The position numbers and the translations under genes are program-made. Shown here in pieces: positions 17,579-27,255 of a stretch of DNA of 64,000 bases. The DNA comes from Candidatus Bathyarchaeota archaeon (GTDB lineage: Archaea; Thermoproteota; Bathyarchaeia; Bathyarchaeales; Bathycorpusculaceae): assembly GCA_050115965.1 (NCBI GenBank), contig JASFPN010000004.1:8544-72543 (forward strand), in the 5' to 3' direction. Under the pieces are notes generated by a model. It was not told the DNA's origin, searched no databases, and saw only the letters and a program-made list of their open reading frames with translations. Each line of letters begins with the position of its first letter. Position 1 is the first letter of the stretch.

Positions 17579-18868
17579 ATGGTAAAGATGTCAAATTCCT
17601 CTAACTTGTATGAAAAAGCGTTGAGACCACTGAAGAAGGCAGCAACTGCACTGAATTTGGGATCTGATATTGTAGAAGTCCTAGGTAGCCCAGAAAGAAC
17701 ATTAATTGTCTCAATTCCTATTGAAATGGACAATGGAAAAAAAAAGGTCTTCACAGGCTATCGTGTGCAACACAACACAGCTCGAGGTCCAGCTAAAGGT
17801 GGAATTCGCTATCACCCAGATGTATGTTTGGACGAAGTCAAATCACTGGCATTTTGGATGAGTACTAAGAATGCTGTTGTTGGCGTCCCTTTTGGCGGTG
17901 GAAAAGGGGGCATTACATGCAATCCAAAGAAAATGTCAGAAGGGGAACTAGAACAATTAACAAGAGGCTATGCAGCTGCAATAGTGAAGTTCGTTGGTCC
18001 AGACCAAGATATTCCTGCACCAGATGTGGGTACAAATGCTCAAATCATGGGATGGTTTACTGATGAATACTACAAAATTGTCGGAAAAAGTGTCCCGGGA
18101 ATAATAACAGCTAAACCTTTAGAAATAGGTGGTTCAAGGGGAAGAAGCACTGCAACCGGCCGTGGAGCATTCTTTGCTACTCTTGCAGCGGCAAAAACCT
18201 TCAACATACGCCTAAAGGGAGCACGAGTTGCTATGCAAGGATATGGTAACGTGGCACAACCTCTAGCTAAATATCTTTATGAAATAGGCAGTAATATCGT
18301 AGCAGTCAGCGATTCTGTAGGCGGTGCATATAATCCTGAGGGTTTACATCCGATAAAACTTGCACAATTTAAGGCAAAAACACGTAGTGTTAAAGGTTTT
18401 CCAAAAAGTAAAGAGATAGAAACTATAGATCCAATCACAATAGATTGTGACATACTTATTCCTGCAGCCTTAGAAAATCAAATAACTGAAAATAACGCTG
18501 ACATGGTTCAAGCAAAACTTATTGTGGAAGAGGCAAATGGACCAACAACTATCGAAGCAGACAAAATACTACACGAAAAAGGTACCGTGGTCGTTCCTGA
18601 TGTCTTAGCTAATGCTGGAGGTGTTACAGTAAGCTACTTCGAGTGGGTTCAGAACCGCATGGGATATTATTGGAGTAATGAAGAAGTTGATGAAAAACTT
18701 GAACAAGTAATGACAAAAGCCTTCAAAGATACTTATCAAACCGCAAAGCAATCTGAAGTAGACACTTCTTTTACCACACGATCAGGCCTTCTAGATATGA
18801 GAACAGCTGCTTACATCACAGCAATTAAAAAAATTGTTGATGCGATGCATGCTCTAGGGCGCCTTTAA
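17579..18868 (+). CDS. gdhA: Glutamate dehydrogenase
   Basis: Catalytic Lys loop VPFGGGKGGI, dinucleotide fold VAMQGYGNVAQ, C-terminal ANAGGVTVSYFEWVQN. Confidence 0.9.
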   Translation: MVKMSNSSNLYEKALRPLKKAATALNLGSDIVEVLGSPERTLIVSIPIEMDNGKKKVFTGYRVQHNTARGPAKGGIRYHPDVCLDEVKSLAFWMSTKNAVVGVPFGGGKGGITCNPKKMSEGELEQLTRGYAAAIVKFVGPDQDIPAPDVGTNAQIMGWFTDEYYKIVGKSVPGIITAKPLEIGGSRGRSTATGRGAFFATLAAAKTFNIRLKGARVAMQGYGNVAQPLAKYLYEIGSNIVAVSDSVGGAYNPEGLHPIKLAQFKAKTRSVKGFPKSKEIETIDPITIDCDILIPAALENQITENNADMVQAKLIVEEANGPTTIEADKILHEKGTVVVPDVLANAGGVTVSYFEWVQNRMGYYWSNEEVDEKLEQVMTKAFKDTYQTAKQSEVDTSFTTRSGLLDMRTAAYITAIKKIVDAMHALGRL

Positions 18869-19136
18869 TCCAAGTTTATAATCGCTCACTCCAACAAATT
18901 CATCTCTAAAATAGAAGCGAATCTCTTGTTTTGGGTCCAGCAAAGGTAACATGTTTGGTGTCGGGTGTGTAAGTGAAGCAATGAACAACCGTGGTAAATG
19001 GCCCTGACAATAGAACGATAGGTTTCATAGTAACATGAATTTTCTTGAATATCTTGTCGAAGATTTTAAACTATACCTGTTATATTTGCTTCACGATAGT
19101 TGTTTTTAAGGGTGAGAAGGGCTGAAGATTTCCAGA

Positions 19137-19694
19137 ATGCTCGCTAACCAACTTGATGAATTAGACTTTGACTTCGAAAATTCACTAGTAAAGATTGTTG
19201 CAAACAGAAATTGCCAGAAGATTGACCTAGCAGGACTAGAAATAGGACCTTTTGAAGAAGGAAACGAATATAGAGTCAGGTACTGGATAGCTAGGGAACT
19301 TGTTAATTCTGGAATTGGTCGTTTTCGAGAAGACAGATTGGAATTAGCTAGACTTGCAAAAATCCAATGGAAAGAACGAGTTCAATCTTCAAGACGTATG
19401 TCTAAATTACCCGAGAATTTCTATCCAAAACTACGCAGATACTTTCAAAAATTAGAGTTAGAAATAACTAAAAAACCTAACAAAACTCTGGAAAGAGAGA
19501 AGGCCAATCAACTAGCACAAGACATAATAAATTCACGAGTAAAGAAGATTGTATCACTCGCCTCGGCTCCAACTCAAACACAGCAGACACTAAATGATCT
19601 CACCAGAGAAGAACGACTTCTTTATAACAAGATTCATAATCTTGTCGATGTTTGGCACAAACAGGCCTTAAAAAATACGGAAGAAGATGAATGA
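19137..19694 (+). CDS. gins23: GINS subunit, Gins23-type (B domain then A domain)
   Basis: N-terminal beta-rich part (VKIVANRN...YRVRYWIARELVNSGIGRF), then a helical part (KLPENFYPKLRRYFQKL). Its stop overlaps the MCM start (ATGA), the classical gins23-mcm synteny. Confidence 0.6.
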   Translation: MLANQLDELDFDFENSLVKIVANRNCQKIDLAGLEIGPFEEGNEYRVRYWIARELVNSGIGRFREDRLELARLAKIQWKERVQSSRRMSKLPENFYPKLRRYFQKLELEITKKPNKTLEREKANQLAQDIINSRVKKIVSLASAPTQTQQTLNDLTREERLLYNKIHNLVDVWHKQALKNTEEDE

Positions 19695-21739
19695 TGGAAG
19701 AATTAGATATCATAGATCCCCAAGAACAATTACAAGAGTTTTTCAAAACTGAAAAGTACCGACGAAGAATCTCACAGATGACTGTAGAAGATAGAAGAAC
19801 ATTGACTGTCGATTTCGAAGACTTGGTTACCTTTGATCCAGAACTTGCAGAAGAACTTCTGAAAAATCCTGACGAATACCTTAAACCCGCAAACGACGCT
19901 GCGTTTGCCCAATTACGAATTGAAGACCCTGACTATGGGGAAAAGCTGGAAGCATTGACAGACCCGGTGACTGTCAGAATAGTGAAGTTGATGGAGATCA
20001 CTCAGCTACGTAGACTTGGCTCAGATCATATTGGAAAGCTTGCTATGATTGAGGGAATAGTTGTTCGAGCGACCCCTGTTCATCCAATGGTGATAGTGGG
20101 AACATTCCGATGTAGAAGATGCGGAGAGACAACATCTGTGGATCAGGCAGGCCCATTTCTAAGTGCCCCCTTCCAATGTAATAATCCTAATTGCGCTGGA
20201 AAAGGCCCATTTGACTTTGTACAAGATGAATCAGCATTTGTAGATTCTCAGCAACTTAGGATTCAAGAACGACCAGAAGATCTACCTCCTGGACAACTTC
20301 CTCGCACATTAAACATAAAACTCATCGGAACCGAAATTGTGGATGTAGCAAGACCAGGAGATCATATTTCAGTTGTCGGAATAGTTCGTGCAATCGCTCC
20401 AAGCCTCCCTAGGGTTGGAAAACTTCGTACATTCAACTTACACTCAGATGCCAACTCTATCCAGGTTCTGGGTAAAGAGCCTGAAATGATTCTTCCATCT
20501 CCAGAAGAAGAAGAGAAAATAATTGAGCTTTCCAAGGATCCTTGGATTCACAGAAAGATAATGAGTTCAGTGGCCCCTTCAATTTATGGGTATGACCACG
20601 TAAAAGAATCGATCATGTACCTTCTTTTTGGTGGTGTTCCAAAACAGTTACCTGACATCTCAATACGAGGAGACATGAATATCCTCTTCATTGGAGACCC
20701 AGGAACTGCAAAGTCTCAACTTCTCCAGTACGTTGCAAAACTTGCTCCACGTGGCCTCTATACGTCAGGAAGAGGAACAACCGCAGCCGGCTTAACAGCA
20801 GCAGTTCTTCGAGAAAAGAGTGGAGGTATGACACTTGAAGCTGGTGCCCTAGTACTGGCTGATAAAGGGATTGCATGTATTGACGAAATGGACAAGATGC
20901 GTAAGGAAGACAGAGTCGCGATTCACGAGGCTATGGAGCAACATACTGTATCAGTAGCCAAGGGAGGAATCGTCGCCACACTTAATGCCCGAACAGCTAT
21001 TCTCGCAGCTGCAAACCCGGCGTTAGGAAGGTATGAACCTCATAGAACCGTTGCGGAGAACATTTCTTTACCTGTTACTATACTCTCAAGGTTTGACTTG
21101 ATCTTTGTCTTGAGAGACGTCCCTGATAAGGAGTCAGACAGTAGAATGTCTGAACACATTTTAGAAATCCATAAACGGGGAACAGCTCCAGTAGAGCCAC
21201 CCATCCAGTTAGACCTGCTACGAAAATACATAAAATATGCTAAAAGCATAAAGCCGGTCCTAACAGAAAAAGCACTTCTCCGCTTAAAGGACTTCTATAT
21301 GATGATGCGATCTGCAAGCGAGACAGAAGGATCACCAGTCGCTATAACTGCCCGTCAACTAGAATCACTTGTACGAACATCAGAAGCTAGAGCAAAATCT
21401 GCTCTACGAAAAGAAATTTCGGTAGAGGATGCAGAGGCTGCAATTGCAATAATGAAACGGTCTTTAGAGGAAGTTGGAATTGACGTCTCATCATCCAAGA
21501 TAGATATTGATCTAATAATGACTGGAAAGCCAAAGAGCCTCAGAGACAAGCTTCAAATTGTGTTATCCACAATGATACAGATGGAAAAGGAAACAGGCTT
21601 GGTTGAAAAAACAGCACTGTTAAATGAGCTCGAGACTAGACACAATATTTCAGAGGGAGAAGCAGAGAAACTTATGGGGCAATTATTGCGGGAAGGAACC
21701 ATTTATTCACCCAGAGAGGGATACTTGAAGAAGACTTGA
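19691..21739 (+). CDS. mcm: MCM replicative helicase
   Basis: Zn motif CRRCGE...CNNPNCAG, Walker A GDPGTAKS, Walker B CIDEMDK, Arg finger SRFDLIF. 682 aa, no intein. Confidence 0.95.
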   Translation: MMEELDIIDPQEQLQEFFKTEKYRRRISQMTVEDRRTLTVDFEDLVTFDPELAEELLKNPDEYLKPANDAAFAQLRIEDPDYGEKLEALTDPVTVRIVKLMEITQLRRLGSDHIGKLAMIEGIVVRATPVHPMVIVGTFRCRRCGETTSVDQAGPFLSAPFQCNNPNCAGKGPFDFVQDESAFVDSQQLRIQERPEDLPPGQLPRTLNIKLIGTEIVDVARPGDHISVVGIVRAIAPSLPRVGKLRTFNLHSDANSIQVLGKEPEMILPSPEEEEKIIELSKDPWIHRKIMSSVAPSIYGYDHVKESIMYLLFGGVPKQLPDISIRGDMNILFIGDPGTAKSQLLQYVAKLAPRGLYTSGRGTTAAGLTAAVLREKSGGMTLEAGALVLADKGIACIDEMDKMRKEDRVAIHEAMEQHTVSVAKGGIVATLNARTAILAAANPALGRYEPHRTVAENISLPVTILSRFDLIFVLRDVPDKESDSRMSEHILEIHKRGTAPVEPPIQLDLLRKYIKYAKSIKPVLTEKALLRLKDFYMMMRSASETEGSPVAITARQLESLVRTSEARAKSALRKEISVEDAEAAIAIMKRSLEEVGIDVSSSKIDIDLIMTGKPKSLRDKLQIVLSTMIQMEKETGLVEKTALLNELETRHNISEGEAEKLMGQLLREGTIYSPREGYLKKT

Positions 21740-21770
21740 TTAACAAAATGGTTGGAAAGAAGAAGGATTG

Positions 21771-22325
21771 TTATTGTGCTGCTTCAATGTTTGTTTGAAC
21801 AGCATACTGAGCATTTGATGTGAATACTGTTATTCCTACCGTTGTGCCTACATCATTTAATGCTATGCTGTCTGGATTCATTATGTATATAATGATGGTC
21901 CAACCGGATCTTAGTGTTAGATCGTCATTTGCCTGTTGAAAATTACGTGTAACTCCATGAATCGTGATGCTGACGTTTCCTCCAGTTATGTCAGTCGATG
22001 TCACATCAAGATCGTCAGAGATGGTGACAGTGTTGGTCCTCCAGTAATAAACATTCGACCATGAGGATTCCTGTCCTCGAACTGAAATTTTGTCAATGAC
22101 AACGTCTCTTCCACCTGTATTGAGGATAACCATTCCAGCTTCAGCCCAGGATCCAGAGGTGTTATACCATACATGTTGTTTCGCCAAGTGTAATGACTCT
22201 TCCTGAACTCTTGTTGTGGTAACATTTATGGCGTAGAATGTTACTACTGTCGCCAACAATACTGAAACAACTAGAATAATCAAAGTTGTTACGACGACAC
22301 TTAGCCCCTTTTTGTCCGTTAACAT
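21771..22325 (-). CDS. Archaeal type IV pilin-like protein (class III signal peptide)
   Basis: MLTDKKG/LSVVVTTLIILVVSVLLATVVTFYAI: a basic KKG prepilin-peptidase site followed by a hydrophobic helix, then a beta-rich domain with N-x-S/T sites. ATG 22325 lies inside the listed ORF. Confidence 0.6.
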   Translation of the reverse strand: MLTDKKGLSVVVTTLIILVVSVLLATVVTFYAINVTTTRVQEESLHLAKQHVWYNTSGSWAEAGMVILNTGGRDVVIDKISVRGQESSWSNVYYWRTNTVTISDDLDVTSTDITGGNVSITIHGVTRNFQQANDDLTLRSGWTIIIYIMNPDSIALNDVGTTVGITVFTSNAQYAVQTNIEAAQ

Positions 22326-22539
22326 ATGGATACAACCTTCCTTTAGATGACCTGCTAAATCTAACAAAAAGAGGCGTAAGATGGTTTGTATGTATCAGGA
22401 AACAACGCAAGTTAGAAATTACTATTATGATGGATGATTAAGATATGCAACTATCAAGTAATACTGGAAATCAATTGTGGAAATAATTTATCCTGTATGA
22501 TTGAGTTGCTGAGCTAAGATTGCAGGTCTGTCTAATTTT

Positions 22540-23310
22540 CTATGAAATGTAGGTTACCCGTTTGTCTTCTCTCTTTCGCATTTCTTCTTGTAGAGATCTT
22601 TTCTCTTCAATTTTCTGTAGACGCGTAATCATTTTATTTGCCTTGATGATCTCTTTGTTCAGACCAGATAGATCAATACTAATATCAAGCAGTGAATTCA
22701 GAACGCCCAATACGCTTTTGGCAGATCTAGGATCTGGTAGATAACCTCTCGTTTCACCAAGCAAGCAAAGAGCGTCGATTTGCTTGAAGTGAGCTAACCC
22801 TAGAATTAAGCCAGCAGTTCCAACGATGGGGCTACCCATGGATCCCAGCACGGCCTTTGATTGTAAGGCTTGATCTAATAACTTACGATTTGTAGCCACA
22901 GCGATTACTTTAGGTTTTCCTTCTACTTCCATTCTGTATCCACCTATCGTTATAATGATCTCCACGCCTTGTTCTCTCGCGAAGTTTAGGATGTGGTTAG
23001 ATATTTCGTATTGGCCTTCGATTGTCTGGGCTTGACTGTCACCTGTGAAAAGTATCAGATCGTTTAATCCCTTTTCGTTTTTATAAAAGTAGAAGGCTCC
23101 CCGTAGAAGCCTGACACTTCCTTTGTTGTTTACGAGTACATAGTACGGAAAGTGGGGAGAATATAGATGGGCAAGTTTCTTACTTTTCAAGTGCTTAATT
23201 AAGTATTGGACGGTGATTTTTCCTACTAAGCCTAGACCAGGAAGGCCTTCAATTAAGATTGGGTTGTTTAATTTGATTTGGTTGATTTTTTCAATGAAGG
23301 TTCTTTCCAT
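22540..23310 (-). CDS. PAC2-family proteasome assembly chaperone-like protein
   Basis: NPILIEGLPGLGLVGKI N-terminal motif and a length of about 250 aa. It occupies the conserved position after nop10. Confidence 0.7.
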   Translation of the reverse strand: MERTFIEKINQIKLNNPILIEGLPGLGLVGKITVQYLIKHLKSKKLAHLYSPHFPYYVLVNNKGSVRLLRGAFYFYKNEKGLNDLILFTGDSQAQTIEGQYEISNHILNFAREQGVEIIITIGGYRMEVEGKPKVIAVATNRKLLDQALQSKAVLGSMGSPIVGTAGLILGLAHFKQIDALCLLGETRGYLPDPRSAKSVLGVLNSLLDISIDLSGLNKEIIKANKMITRLQKIEEKRSLQEEMRKREDKRVTYIS

Positions 23311-23477
23311 TTTTGATAACTTCGCTTCAGGTTGATCCTATATCTAAGATATTTATCGTCAGGTGAGAATTTTGCGGGGTGTGGTGTTCGGACACGTCCT
23401 GCGCAGTATGGGCATGTTTCTCTCTCCAGGGTGTATTCTTTACATGCTTCGCATTTTCTTAATAGCCACACCATCAT
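23268..23477 (-). CDS. nop10: H/ACA RNP protein Nop10
   Basis: RKCEACKEYTLERETCPYCAGRVRTPHPAKFSPDDKYLRYR, a Nop10 zinc ribbon plus linker. 4-nt overlap with the aIF2alpha stop. Confidence 0.85.
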   Translation of the reverse strand: MMVWLLRKCEACKEYTLERETCPYCAGRVRTPHPAKFSPDDKYLRYRINLKRSYQKWKEPSLKKSTKSN

Positions 23478-24265
23478 TTTTCCCGCTCAAAGGAGCCGTG
23501 TCCACCTGCGCTGGTTACGTTTGATATCACCTTTTCAGCCATTTTTTGCAGGGCTGATTCTGCATCCTTATAGCTTTGAGCCTGGACCTCAATTCGATAT
23601 TTAGGAGATGCAACGGTGTAGAAGCGAAACTTGATCGCTTTCGATTTTTTGGCTCTTTTAGCCGTTAAGAAAGATTCTTTGATGACGTTAACTCCATTGG
23701 GCTTTGCACATGTAAGATTAATTATTCCCCTTACCATCACAGAGGGAATTTGGATGCGTTCCTCAGCTATCTCTACTAGGGTCTTTGCAAGATCCTCCGG
23801 AACACCGATTGTTATTAGTGTCTCCTCGCCATCCTGAGCTGCTTTTTCAAAGGCTTCGTATAGGCCATACTCCTGTTCCATAGGTCTGCCTGCTTTCTGG
23901 TAAATCTCCTCAAGTGAAATTCCTGTCTTTTCAGCAACACTGCGGAGTAGAGTTTCAGCTTTCCTCTCCTGCTTCCAAGATCTGATCTTCTCGATTCTTT
24001 CCCGTTTTGTCACTCTTCGAAGAGAGAGGTCAATATGCTCTTTTTCCATATTAACTCGTAAGACTTTCAGAACCAGTTTCTGTTTTTCCCTTACAAAGTT
24101 ACGAATGTTACGGATCCAAGATGAAGAGATCTCAGAAACATGTAACAGTCCTTTTCTGTTATATTCATCTAATTTAACATAGGCGCCATATCCTAGAACG
24201 TTTTCAACAGTTGCCATGACCAAATCTCCGCGTTCTGGCCATTCCTCTCTCTTTAAAGACATCAA
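23474..24265 (-). CDS. eif2a: Translation initiation factor 2 alpha subunit
   Basis: N-terminal S1 domain (WPERGDLVMATVENVLGYGAYVKLDEY...GLLHVSEIS) followed by helical and alpha-beta domains. 263 aa. Confidence 0.9.
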   Translation of the reverse strand: MMSLKREEWPERGDLVMATVENVLGYGAYVKLDEYNRKGLLHVSEISSSWIRNIRNFVREKQKLVLKVLRVNMEKEHIDLSLRRVTKRERIEKIRSWKQERKAETLLRSVAEKTGISLEEIYQKAGRPMEQEYGLYEAFEKAAQDGEETLITIGVPEDLAKTLVEIAEERIQIPSVMVRGIINLTCAKPNGVNVIKESFLTAKRAKKSKAIKFRFYTVASPKYRIEVQAQSYKDAESALQKMAEKVISNVTSAGGHGSFEREK

Positions 24266-24276
24266 GATTCTCCTCT

Positions 24277-24474
24277 TTATTCGAAGGTGGCTACTATTTC
24301 TCCTTTGATTGTTGCTTTTCCTCCTGAAGAGGTTGCAAGCTCAGTCTGGCAAACGTTACACTTGACTTCTCTGGTAGCGTGGTTGAAGATAAGTTGTTCA
24401 TTGCCACATGACAGGCACTTAACCCTAACAAACTTGCTTTTGGGTCTCGGAATAAGTTTTTCCCATTCAGCCAT
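24277..24474 (-). CDS. rps27e: 30S ribosomal protein S27e
   Basis: FVRVKCLSCGNEQLIFNHATREVKCNVCQTELA zinc ribbon. 65 aa. Confidence 0.9.
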   Translation of the reverse strand: MAEWEKLIPRPKSKFVRVKCLSCGNEQLIFNHATREVKCNVCQTELATSSGGKATIKGEIVATFE

Positions 24475-24487
24475 GTTTTGATTCTCC

Positions 24488-24772
24488 TTACTTTATTACC
24501 AGTTTTCTTAGCCGAATTCCTTTTCTATGTCTGGTGTGTCCACATACCTTGCATCGGTACTTTAGAGTTTGTTTCTTTGTGGTTTTCGCGAATTTCTTTT
24601 GAAGGGGGTACTTTTGCCCTCCGTAACCCTGCTTTGCCCGTTCGTGGCGACGTTCACCTTCAGCAAGGGCTCTTCTTTTTCCAGGCTTATACAGAGTTAT
24701 TGTGTGAACTTGATGGGCGTTGCAACGAGGACAATGGGTCCTAATCTCCTTTGGAACATTCACTTCCATCAC
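24488..24772 (-). CDS. rpl44e: 50S ribosomal protein L44e (eL42)
   Basis: THCPRCNAHQVHT...GYGGQ..P......KTTKK..L...C..CGH pattern. 94 aa. Confidence 0.9.
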   Translation of the reverse strand: MMEVNVPKEIRTHCPRCNAHQVHTITLYKPGKRRALAEGERRHERAKQGYGGQKYPLQKKFAKTTKKQTLKYRCKVCGHTRHRKGIRLRKLVIK

Positions 24773-24827
24773 TACTGGCCTTTCTCATAGAATAACATGC
24801 TTGTTCTTATATCTTTTTGAAAGTAAT

Positions 24828-25373
24828 CTAAACATCAACTCTCTTAGCCAGATCTTGGTTAACCAGTGTTTCGCAGTTTTCTAAAGGCAAAGATGCAACA
24901 TCTTCAGCTTTGAATGGGCCGTAGGCTTTCATATCTACTCCTATAATCTCTGGGACGTCTTTCATGAAGCGTAAAACACCTCGGCTATTCTCTTTTTCAA
25001 CTTGAACCCCAGATAGGTGTGTATGAAGGATTCTATCTGCAAATGCCTTGTATGCATCTGTAAAGGGTTGAATTCCCTTGTAGATCGTTTGTTCTTCAGT
25101 CGTGAGACTGTTCATCTTAATTTGTTCTCCATATGACATTTCATTGACCAGTTTTTTGTATCGTGTCTGAATTAATTCACTGATCATGCGTATCACGTTT
25201 TGGATTTCCTTTTCTAGAAGTTTAGCCTTCACAGACTTTCTGTCGAGCATTCGACCTTCTTTTTTAAGTTTTTTTAGGTAGTTAGCCATTCTTGAATAGA
25301 AGTCTGATGGAAGTTTTTGAAGTTCCGAGTGTCCAAGCTCTTCTATCCAAGCGTCAAATAATTCTTTGTACAT
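24828..25373 (-). CDS. gins51: GINS subunit, Gins51/Gins15-type (A domain then B domain)
   Basis: Helical N-terminus LQKLPSDFYSRMANYLKKLKKE and a beta-rich C-terminus (VLRFMKDVPEIIGVDMKAYGPFKAEDVASLP). It starts 1 nt after the priS stop. Confidence 0.7.
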   Translation of the reverse strand: MYKELFDAWIEELGHSELQKLPSDFYSRMANYLKKLKKEGRMLDRKSVKAKLLEKEIQNVIRMISELIQTRYKKLVNEMSYGEQIKMNSLTTEEQTIYKGIQPFTDAYKAFADRILHTHLSGVQVEKENSRGVLRFMKDVPEIIGVDMKAYGPFKAEDVASLPLENCETLVNQDLAKRVDV

Positions 25374-25374
25374 T

Positions 25375-26670
25375 CTATTCCACCAACTCAGCTCTGCCTT
25401 TGCAGATAAGCAGTATAGCTGCTGCTGTAGATAATTTAATCTTCTGTTTTTTGTAAGGGCCTAGAATTTCGTTTCCTAATCGAAACTTTGGAACATCAGT
25501 TACGAAAACCGTTACGTTCCCTTTTTGAAAGGCTATTGAATCTTGGAAAGGATCAAAGTCGTCTATTTCCTTAATGGAAAATTCTACCTTTTTAAGTCCA
25601 GTCTTTCCATGGAGGGTATTAGTCAATCTAACCAAACGATGGATATCCGTTGTGACGACAGTATCGATTTTGGCTGATTGTATGCTAAGTATGTATTCTG
25701 ATAGCCTGGTCCAAGTCTTTTGTCCAATACCTTTAGGAAATCCCCCTGTTCTTTCGTTTTCCAAATTTCTCAGTATCTTGTTTTTGTTTAGAATTATGTT
25801 TTTGGCAATTTTCTTCTGTATACCAATTTTTTGAAAATCCCCTTCGCTAGCTGTGCGAATGAAGTTTTGAATACCTTGAGTCACTCGGCGATGCCAACCT
25901 GATTTATTATGGAGGATCAATGGAAAAGAAGTTTTTTTCCTTTGGTCCTTCTTAGTTAGGTGGTAAGGTGCTATATTGAGGCCTAAACCACAAACATAGT
26001 CTACGATTTCTTTCCGAGCTATGGAATCCAATGTTCGGATAAATTCAGTTTCAACATGAATATGGTACCCTCGATGTCCAGAGAAGAACACATGCACGTA
26101 ATTATTAGACAACCCGAAATCCTGCATAAGAAAGTCGAGAAGTTTTCTACTCTCATTCTTTGCAGAGTCTAAACAAACTTCGCAAGGCCACGTGTTTGTT
26201 TGGAATTTTTCACCTTTGCAAGCAGGACATGTCCTAGGTGTGACTGCCTTTCCTACCATACCACAAGTTTGACAGATCCACCTGTCATGGAATTTTTCAC
26301 AAGCAGTTGGAATGTGATCTGAATCTATGTCGAAGACTAGATCTGCCCCTAGCCAACCTTTCTTGTCCATTTCAGCTTCAGGATGCCTGTAGTAGGCACT
26401 TGAATAATATACGTCAGAAGGAACCGAGTCACGAAGAAAATGAATCAGGTCGTTATCATGTTCAAAACTTTTATGTCGAAGCATCCAACCCTCAAACATC
26501 GCAAAACCAAATTCACGCTTCTCCTTCATAGGAAAGGAACTAGCTAATGAATGCATTTTCTTGTAATATTCTTCAAACTTTGTTCGTATGAACTCTACAG
26601 GTTTCAATTTCAAATGTTTTAAGTGGCAACGGTGAGAAAAAGGTTTTTGGTAATCCCCAAAGACGGTCAC
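25375..26670 (-). CDS. priS: DNA primase small (catalytic) subunit PriS
   Basis: Acidic catalytic motif DLVFDIDSDH, Zn knuckle CQTCGMVG...CPACKG, FSGHRGYHIHV, C-terminal HRLVRLTNTLHGKTGL. GTG start. Confidence 0.85.
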   Translation of the reverse strand: MTVFGDYQKPFSHRCHLKHLKLKPVEFIRTKFEEYYKKMHSLASSFPMKEKREFGFAMFEGWMLRHKSFEHDNDLIHFLRDSVPSDVYYSSAYYRHPEAEMDKKGWLGADLVFDIDSDHIPTACEKFHDRWICQTCGMVGKAVTPRTCPACKGEKFQTNTWPCEVCLDSAKNESRKLLDFLMQDFGLSNNYVHVFFSGHRGYHIHVETEFIRTLDSIARKEIVDYVCGLGLNIAPYHLTKKDQRKKTSFPLILHNKSGWHRRVTQGIQNFIRTASEGDFQKIGIQKKIAKNIILNKNKILRNLENERTGGFPKGIGQKTWTRLSEYILSIQSAKIDTVVTTDIHRLVRLTNTLHGKTGLKKVEFSIKEIDDFDPFQDSIAFQKGNVTVFVTDVPKFRLGNEILGPYKKQKIKLSTAAAILLICKGRAELVE

Positions 26671-26725
26671 TACGAACTTGATTCACGAAAATATCAGTTC
26701 AGTTAGAACTACTTTGGTTTCATGT

Positions 26726-26944
26726 TTATGAAATTTCAGAAGGGCCTATGGAATTGGTAGGTTCCTTGGTGAATATTGCAAGTTTTACTATAAATAGTAT
26801 AAGAACTATTATAAGCATGCCAATTAGTAGCCCAAGAATAAAGATGTTCATCATTATTTCTGCAGGCGTGTGAACTGATATCAGGGCATTTGCCAGCATT
26901 CCTAGAATAAATCCACCTAGGAAAATCGCGAATCCCAATATCAT
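26726..26944 (-). CDS. Hypothetical small membrane protein (two TM helices)
   Basis: Only hydrophobicity and ORF integrity support this. No recognisable family. Confidence 0.3.
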   Translation of the reverse strand: MILGFAIFLGGFILGMLANALISVHTPAEIMMNIFILGLLIGMLIIVLILFIVKLAIFTKEPTNSIGPSEIS

Positions 26945-27255
26945 GAAACCACTAACAAATCGATTTCTGAGTGTCGTTATTGCTACCTCGATATCTGCTA
27001 AACAGGGAAATAATAAAACTCTTTACCATATTAAAAAATATCCATGTGATTCGCGAGCTCGCTTTTTGAGCCGGTCGATAAAACAATCACAGTAAGCAAT
27101 CACGTTAGGATTCGTGACTGGAGATTCACCATGGTTCAGTATTGTCCAACTGTTTGATTGGCAGTTGAACGATGTCTAAACAGGGTTTCACAAAAAGTTT
27201 ATAGGCATGATTGAAATCGAAAAGACGCTGAGATAATTATGGAATCGCTGATTGA

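Noticed and set aside
17737-17745. A9 homopolymer inside gdhA (codes KKK).
   Set aside because: The reading frame is intact and the protein is full length. There is no evidence of phase variation or recoding.
18906-19028. 40-codon minus-strand ORF (MKPIVLLSGPFTTVVHCFTYTPDTKHVTFAGPKTRDSLLF) in the gdhA-gins spacer, with a TATA-like element upstream.
   Set aside because: It is too short and matches no family I recognise. It could be a gene remnant or chance. It would need homology or expression evidence.
19691-21739. Checked MCM, and also RFC-S and PolD DP2 (60200-63604), for inteins.
   Set aside because: The lengths (682, about 320 and about 1134 aa) and the contiguous Walker and catalytic motifs are those of intein-free proteins.
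22420-22520. ATGATGG...CTGAGC, which resembles C and D boxes, in the pilin/PAC2 spacer.
   Set aside because: The boxes are imperfect and about 85 nt apart, with no terminal stem and no internal C'/D' pair.
23268-23310. 43-nt overlap between the nop10 3' end and the PAC2-family gene start.
   Set aside because: Both frames are supported by family motifs up to the overlap, and the PAC2 ORF has no alternative ATG. Such overlaps occur in compact archaeal operons, and there is no sign of a frameshift or fusion.
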